DNA from: Octopus vulgaris
Lineage: Eukaryota
Assembly: GCA_951406725.2 (NCBI GenBank)
Contig: OX597821.1
Location: forward strand, 109,430,001 to 109,494,000
Length of the DNA: 64,000 nt
Direction: 5' to 3'
This document shows, one piece after another, positions 56,689-64,000 of the stretch. The stretch's first letter is position 1. Each line of letters opens with the position of its first letter. The notes beneath the pieces were generated by a model, which did no database searches, was not told the origin of the DNA, and was given only the letters and a program-made list of their open reading frames with translations. Both the position numbers and the translations under genes were made by a program.

Positions 56689-56804
56689 CCTATCTATCTC
56701 TCCATTTACCTATCTATCTATGTATATGTGTGAGTATACATATAATGTATATATATATATATCCAAACCTTCTAACATATATATATATATATATATCTCC
56801 AAAC

Positions 56805-56889
<85 letters not shown>

Positions 56890-57108
56890 ATGTATGTATG
56901 TATGTATGTATGTATTTGTATGTATGTATGTATATATATATATATGTGTGTAATTATATGGACACATGTGTACGGACGTTTATATATACATGAGTGCGCG
57001 CGTGTGTGTGTGTCTTTGAGTGTATCCCTTATTGTCTGTTTCTCTTCCCCGCTACATTTACATACCGGTGTCTGTGTACTTAAAGTCCCGTAACCTAGTG
57101 GTAAATGT

Positions 57109-57378
57109 GTGTGGTACAATACGGCAGCGCCACAGTGAGGCCGCAGTCTAAAGGAGACCAAAAGTGTACGTACGCCGCTATATATATATATATATATATA
57201 TAAACAAAAAAAAAACACAGCACAAGAGCGTAGCAGGCGACAACAAAACATCCGGACAGTTAAACGATACAAAAAAGAACAGGAAAGAACAAGGATGGGT
57301 AATTCGGAGCTTTCTATCGTCACTCGAGTTCCAGATCGTCATTGCAGTATCGGCCGGTTACACTCGAGGCTGCTCCAA
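57109..57378. mobile_element. Unclassified interspersed repeat
   Basis: Inverted copy at about 63718-63981; related pieces near 24370-24640, 53100-53240 and 53700-53810, all beside (TA)n. Confidence 0.7.
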
Positions 57379-58105
57379 TGGGGCCGGCTCCCAGAAAATT
57401 TAAGTTAACAGCACTGTCCGATAGCGAAAATATATTCGATCCATAATTGTTACTCCGACAAAGTATATATTTTGTTTCGCCAACGGAGTTCCTGACGAGC
57501 CGCAGCGGAAACAAAATATATATGAAGCAACTGGCTGTATAGTAAGAAGCCTGCTTCCCAACCACACGGTTACGGGTTCCGTCCACTGAGTGAGACCTTG
57601 GGCAAGTGTCTTCTACTTTCGCCTCAGGCCAACCAAAGTACTGTGAGTGGATTTGGTAGACGGAAACTGAAAGAAGCCCATCGCATATGATTATATGTAT
57701 TTACTTATGTGTGTGTGTCAGATTTTGTCCTCCCCATCACCGTTCAACAACCGGTGTTGGGGTGTTTACGTCCCCGTAAGCTAGCAGTTCCGCAAAATAA
57801 ACCGATAGAATAATTACTAGGTTTAAAGTAAGTCGATCCGTAGGGCTAAAAAGCCGGTGCTCCAACATAGCCGCAGTCAAATGTCTGAAACAAATTAAAG
57901 AATAAAAATGTATACATACGTGTATATATGAACATATATAATATTTGGTTCCCAACCACATGGTTCTGGGTTCAGTCCCACTGCGTGGCACCTTGGGCAG
58001 GTGTCTTCTACTACAGCCTCGGGCCAACCAAAGCCTTGTGAGTGGTTTTGGTGAGCGGAAACTGAAAGAAGCCCGTCGTATATATATGTATATATATATA
58101 TACAT

Positions 58106-59030
58106 AGGGGGAAAGTAAGAAGAAAAAATAAGCGAAAATGCACATTGGAAATCAAAAACAGTGAAGGCTTTTTATGAAAAGTAACGATAGATATATACAA
58201 TTAGATGAACTGAGGTAGGAATGAAAGTAATAAAAGTGATTATTGTGAATTGCTAAAGAGATTCAAAAGCATACCGGTTTCGTAAAATTACTGATCACTG
58301 CTTTGAATGCACACCGATTACTGAACAGTGTCGTGTCTACTAGTCCCTGAGTAAAATGATTATGTGTAAGGGAGGTAAGAAGTTCTGTATTTGGTGTAAT
58401 AAGGGTAGATACAGATCTGTAATGTGAATGGTGTATGGGATGTATGGGTGTTATTAATTGAAAAGCTAGTAGTGTTCTGAATTAAGTTATGTGTTCATTT
58501 TGATTTGTGGAAGATATTTATGGATGAAAGTTGCCTCTTTATTCATTCTTTGTTGTACTGAGGTGTTCTGTGAACATTGATAGAAGGGGGAAAATTAGGA
58601 AATTAGGAATAATGTTCCTAGCACACCTTTATATGTGTTCACTGACCTGTATCTATCTGTATTGTGGGTGGCGGATTTGTTCTTTGTGGAGAGTGGTTCT
58701 TCGACGGAGTCATATTCCTATGTGGCCAATATAATGATTACCACACCCTAAGCATGTAATGGCGTAGATTAGATTTTCCGAGGCACAGGTGAAATTTGAT
58801 TTAATCTTAAATATTTCATGTTGTTTAAAGTGGAATTCTGAACCCTCCAAAAGGTGCGGGCATATATCACAGTTAGGTCGACCACATTTTTTCTTATTTG
58901 CTTCCGTTGATAATGGATATAATCTTGCGCTGGTTAATTTCTTTTCTTTTTTTTTTCAATGATTTAGGTTGCATTTTGCTTTTGATAATTTTGTGTGAGC
59001 CTTAACTTTTGTTAATTGTTTTATCTCCTA
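58106..59030 (-). pseudogene. 3' portion of a Neptune-like Penelope element (Cys linker plus GIY-YIG endonuclease)
   Basis: From 58886: CGRPNCDICPHL...FTCASENLIYAITCLGCGNHYIG (YIG at 58725-58733), with stops downstream; inserted in the (TA)n of a SINE A copy. Confidence 0.9.
58261..58308 (-). ncRNA. Type I hammerhead with a swapped G3-C8 core pair
   Basis: ATTCAAAGCA-GTGATCA-GTAATTTTAC-GAAAC-CG-GTA-TGCTTT(T)GAAT; sense to the GIY-YIG ORF. Confidence 0.78.
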
Positions 59031-59091
59031 CATATGTATGTATGTATACGTTTGTGTGTCTGTTTTTGTCCCCCAACATCGCTTGACAAAT

Positions 59092-60077
<986 letters not shown>

Positions 60078-60195
60078 GGAGTAAACACATAAATGTGAAA
60101 CAAGGTGGAAAAAAGAGTACTCAAATACCAGTGGTAGAGTAATATGCCAATTCTATCTGGATAGAATTGACATATCGGTTCCATTCTAGCAAAAA

Positions 60196-60233
60196 CTGTC
60201 CGATGAACGGCAACGGGAAACTCAGAGTAACAG
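60196..60233 (+). ncRNA. Hammerhead, U4C core, damaged stem II
   Basis: CTGT-CCGATGA-A-CGGCAACGG-GAAAC-TCAGA-GTA-ACAG; preceded by a hairpin at 60142-60175. Confidence 0.6.
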
Positions 60234-60343
60234 GTTTTGTTGAATTTTCTGCTGCTTTAAATAAAGTATATATATATATACTTTGATACTTTGATAGGTT
60301 TCGGCCATTATTGGCCCAGGCCATGTCTAACTTAATAGCACCA

Positions 60344-60386
60344 CCTAAGAGCCCATGGCCAAACAGTTTGGCCATGGGCTCTTAGG
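60344..60386. repeat. Perfect palindrome with 21-bp arms
   Basis: CCTAAGAGCCCATGGCCAAAC-A-GTTTGGCCATGGGCTCTTAGG. Confidence 0.95.
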
Positions 60387-60454
60387 AGCCTCGTTCGATT
60401 TGTTTTGCTCCGCCTCTGTTCTGTTTTTGTTTTTTCCAACGGATTTCCTATTTC

Positions 60455-60534
60455 TTCCTGAAGAGAAAGACACAATATGGTCTCCTTATTCAATCGGAAT
60501 TTGGTAAATTGTGGCTTTCGAAACACGTGTAGAA
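60455..60534 (+). ncRNA. Type I hammerhead with extended stem II
   Basis: TTC-CTGAAGA-GAAAGACACAAT...ATTGTGGCTTTC-GAAAC-ACGT-GTA-GAA; homologue of 49110-49195. Confidence 0.82.
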
Positions 60535-60587
60535 TGCAATAAAACGATTTCTGTTCAATCTTCGTTCAACTCCATTTCTTCAATTCA

Positions 60588-60669
<82 letters not shown>

Positions 60670-61414
60670 CATATATATATATATAAAATATATTTTACAC
60701 ACACTCACAAATGTATGTGTGTATGTATGTACGTACGTGTTTACGTTTGCGTGGATACTTTACCAGTCAGGCAGACACACGGACAGACATAAGCCAGCCA
60801 AACAGTTATTCAAGAACAGCGAACCATACACACAGAGACATACACACACTCACGCACACATGGACGCACACACTCCACACACACACATGGACGCACACAC
60901 TCCACCTTCACAACCATCACCACCACCACCTCATCTTCCACCAACACCACCGCGACAATCCCACCCCTCACCGACACCACCACCACAGCCTTCAGCCACC
61001 ATCATTTGTAACTGTACTCAGAAAACGATTTATGACGGTCAAGTCACAATGACTACAATACCACTTCCGCCGTTTTTTTTTTCTTCCCTAGAATGAACAA
61101 TGAGACGTCCGTCTAAAAAAGCATCTTTATCTGGCTACACACACACACACACACACACACAATTACACACACACACACACAAACACGCACACGGACAGGC
61201 TGACTGACGCACGCATACACATTTGTACGAACCGAAGAGAAGCTCTCTCTCACATTATTATATGTATAACACGTCATATGTTTAATAAGGAGGGGTAAAA
61301 GTAGGAGGAGGAGGAAGAAGATGGAAGGAAGTCGTCCTGTTGATTACTGTTAGGCTCACAACCACCAAACATATCATTATCTTTTCGGTGCATATTGCGT
61401 TGCTTTTCGAACGG

Positions 61415-61478
<64 letters not shown>

Positions 61479-61550
61479 TCTCTCTCTTTCTCTTGTTAGG
61501 ATATTTTCCGTCGGTCGGTTTTTAAAGACGTCAGAAAACTTGTGTGTACG

Positions 61551-61614
<64 letters not shown>

Positions 61615-61743
61615 TGTGATTGTGTTAGTGCGGGAGTTAGAGACAGAAAGGAAAAAAAAACATGACAAAAGAATTCCAAAACAAACGCTATACTTCATAT
61701 ATATATATATATATATATACATACATATATACTGACTCACACG

Positions 61744-61887
61744 TAAGTAGCTTGCTTACCAACCACATGGTTCCGAGTTCAGTCCCACTGCGTGGCACCT
61801 TGGGCAAGTGTCTTCTGCTATAGCCTCGGGTCTGCTATAGCCTTGTGAGTGGATTTGGTAGACGGAAACTGAAAAAAAAGCCCGTCG

Positions 61888-61938
<51 letters not shown>

Positions 61939-62165
61939 GTGTGTGTGTGTATGTTTGTGTGTCTGTGTTTGTCCCCCCTCAACATCGCTTGACAACCGAT
62001 GCTGGTGTGTTTACGTCCCCGTAACTTAGCGATGCGGCAAAAGAGACCTATAGAATAAGTACTAGGCTTACAAAGAATATGTCCTGGGGTCGATTCGCTC
62101 GACTAAAGGCGGTGCCCCAGCATGGCCACCGTCAAATGACTGAAACAAGTAAAAGAGTAAAAGAA
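61744..62165 (+). mobile_element. SINE family A
   Basis: Homology to 7521-7926. Confidence 0.9.
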
Positions 62166-62489
62166 CATATATATATATATACGACGGGCTTCTTTCTGTT
62201 TCCGTCTGCCAAATCCACTCACAAAGCTTCGATCAGCCCGAGGCTATAGTTGAATACAGCTGTTCAATTATTGAACTTTGACCATGCTGGGGTAGAGCCT
62301 TAAAGTGTTTAATCGAAGAATCGACCCCAGTAAATATTTGTTGAAGTCTTTTTTGCGAAACCATACTTTTATGCGAACGCAAACAAACCAATATCGGTTG
62401 TCGAGCGATGGAAGGAAGAGAATTAGAACGCAAGGACGAACGGAAACGCTCGCGCGCACGGTGAATACTATCTCCAAAATTTGAAGCCA

Positions 62490-62880
62490 CAATTACCAGC
62501 CCTGGTAAATCACTAGTTAAACTTCGGATGAATTAACTGAGGGCGCCTTTTTATTCAAGATCACAGAGATTTTCGACTGAAACTCGAATTTACCAAGAGT
62601 TACTAAAAAACGACATGACTAGACACAGCATCAACCGCAACACAACCGAGGAACAGAATGAAAATAACAGCTCAGTAGCTAAAGAGATTCTTTCTAGCTG
62701 AATTTATAGAAGAAACCGTAATTGCAAAATCCTTTTTCCATGGAATTATGAATGCAACCAATCTCGAGAAATCAGGCTTCTCAAAACCAGAAAGGAGAAT
62801 GTTGATTCGAAAACTACAAAACCAAGCCATCACTGGAACTGTAAAAATCTTTAAAACTTTCCAGAAGTTTTATCATTTAA
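62490..62880 (+). pseudogene. Decayed 3' end of a restriction-like-endonuclease non-LTR element
   Basis: NLEKSGFSKPERRMLIRKLQ / QAITGTVKIFKTFQKF with a frameshift. Confidence 0.5.
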
Positions 62881-63053
62881 GTATATATAACCATGTCTAG
62901 ATATGCAAGTATATGCATGAGAATATATACATAAAACAAAACATACAAATTTGCACGTATACATACATACACAGAAGTCACAGTCACTCATAGCAAAAAG
63001 GAATACTGGTGGAATGTACCAGTGAAGACCTCAATAAAATGTAAATACAAGAG

Positions 63054-63177
63054 ACCACATGGTTCCGGTTTCAGTCCCACTGCGTGGCACCTTGGGCAAG
63101 TGTCTTCTACTATAGCCCCGGGCCGACCAAAGCCTTGTGAGTGGATTTGGTAGACGGAAACTGAAAGAAGCCCGTCG

Positions 63178-63254
<77 letters not shown>

Positions 63255-63470
63255 TTGTGTGTCCGTTTTTTCCTCCCAACATCGCTTGACAACCGATGCT
63301 GGTGTGTTTACGTCCCCGTAACTTAGCGGTTCGGCAAAAGAGAATCGATAGAATAAGTGCTAGGCTTGCAAAGAATAAGTCCTGGGGTCGATTTGCTCGA
63401 CTAAAGGCGGTGCTCCAGCATGGCCACAGTCATATGACTGAAAAAAGTAAAAGAGTAAAAGAGTAAAGAG
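63054..63470 (+). mobile_element. SINE family A, 5'-truncated
   Basis: Homology to 7521-7926. Confidence 0.9.
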
Positions 63471-64000
63471 TAACCCTCCATTTTGATATTTAGAGAACAT
63501 CTATGACCATCCTAGTCGTATATCTGAGGTTGGTGTCGACTAATTTTGTCACTCCAGATCCCTGTTGTTCCGCTAGAGCAAGGTGCATTTTAACCCTTTA
63601 CCACACCGATTATTCTATCAAATATAATACTTATATATTCACATCATTTTTCATTTGTCATGCATTATCTTGTAGCCTTGAGAATTCGATTATGTGACCA
63701 GATATTTTTTACACCAGATTAGAGCAGTCTTGAGTGTGAGCGGCCGATACTGCAATGACGATCTGGAACTCGAGTGACAATAGAAAGCTCCGAATTACCC
63801 ATCCTTGTTCTTTCCTGTCCTTTTTTGTATCGTCTAACTGTCCGGATGTTTTGTTGTCGCCTGCTACCCTCTTGTTTTTTTTTTGTTTGTTTATATATAT
63901 ATATATACATATAGCGGCGTACGTACACTTTTGGTCTCCTTTAGACTGCGGCCTCACTGTGGCGCCACCGTATTGTACCACAAACTTTTACCACTAAGTT

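Noticed and set aside
57488-57525. CTGACGA-GCCGCAGCG-GAAAC as a hammerhead
   Set aside because: No stem III, cleavage triplet or closing stem I is identifiable

Overview
AT-rich, microsatellite-saturated eukaryotic DNA with no convincing host protein-coding exon. Nearly all ORFs in the supplied track are translations of microsatellites or SINEs. The repeat content suggests a cephalopod (octopus-like) intergenic or intronic region; this is inference from SINE style and composition. The window holds at least four tRNA-derived SINE families, non-autonomous Helitrons, mariner and maT remnants, and decayed CR1, Tx1/L1, R4/Dong, Gypsy and Penelope-like (PLE) fragments. The strongest signal is about 15 type I hammerhead ribozyme (HHR) motifs, read by eye, in roughly eight unrelated short elements. 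Many sit in fold-back (inverted pseudo-LTR) structures next to (TA)n or (CA)n tracts. They include a C3G/G8C core-swap HHR in the 3' end of a GIY-YIG PLE, recurrent U4C cores, two copies with covarying long stem II, a 577-bp non-coding retrozyme-like unit, and a tRNA-promoter plus HHR hybrid with a target-site duplication (TSD). One SINE family occurs with 0, 1, 2 and 6 copies of a 185-bp body and shares its tail with a Tx1-like LINE. A motif-dense unique island at about 31.3-31.8 kb is a candidate cis-regulatory element. Coordinates were counted manually and family names come from recalled motifs, not database searches.
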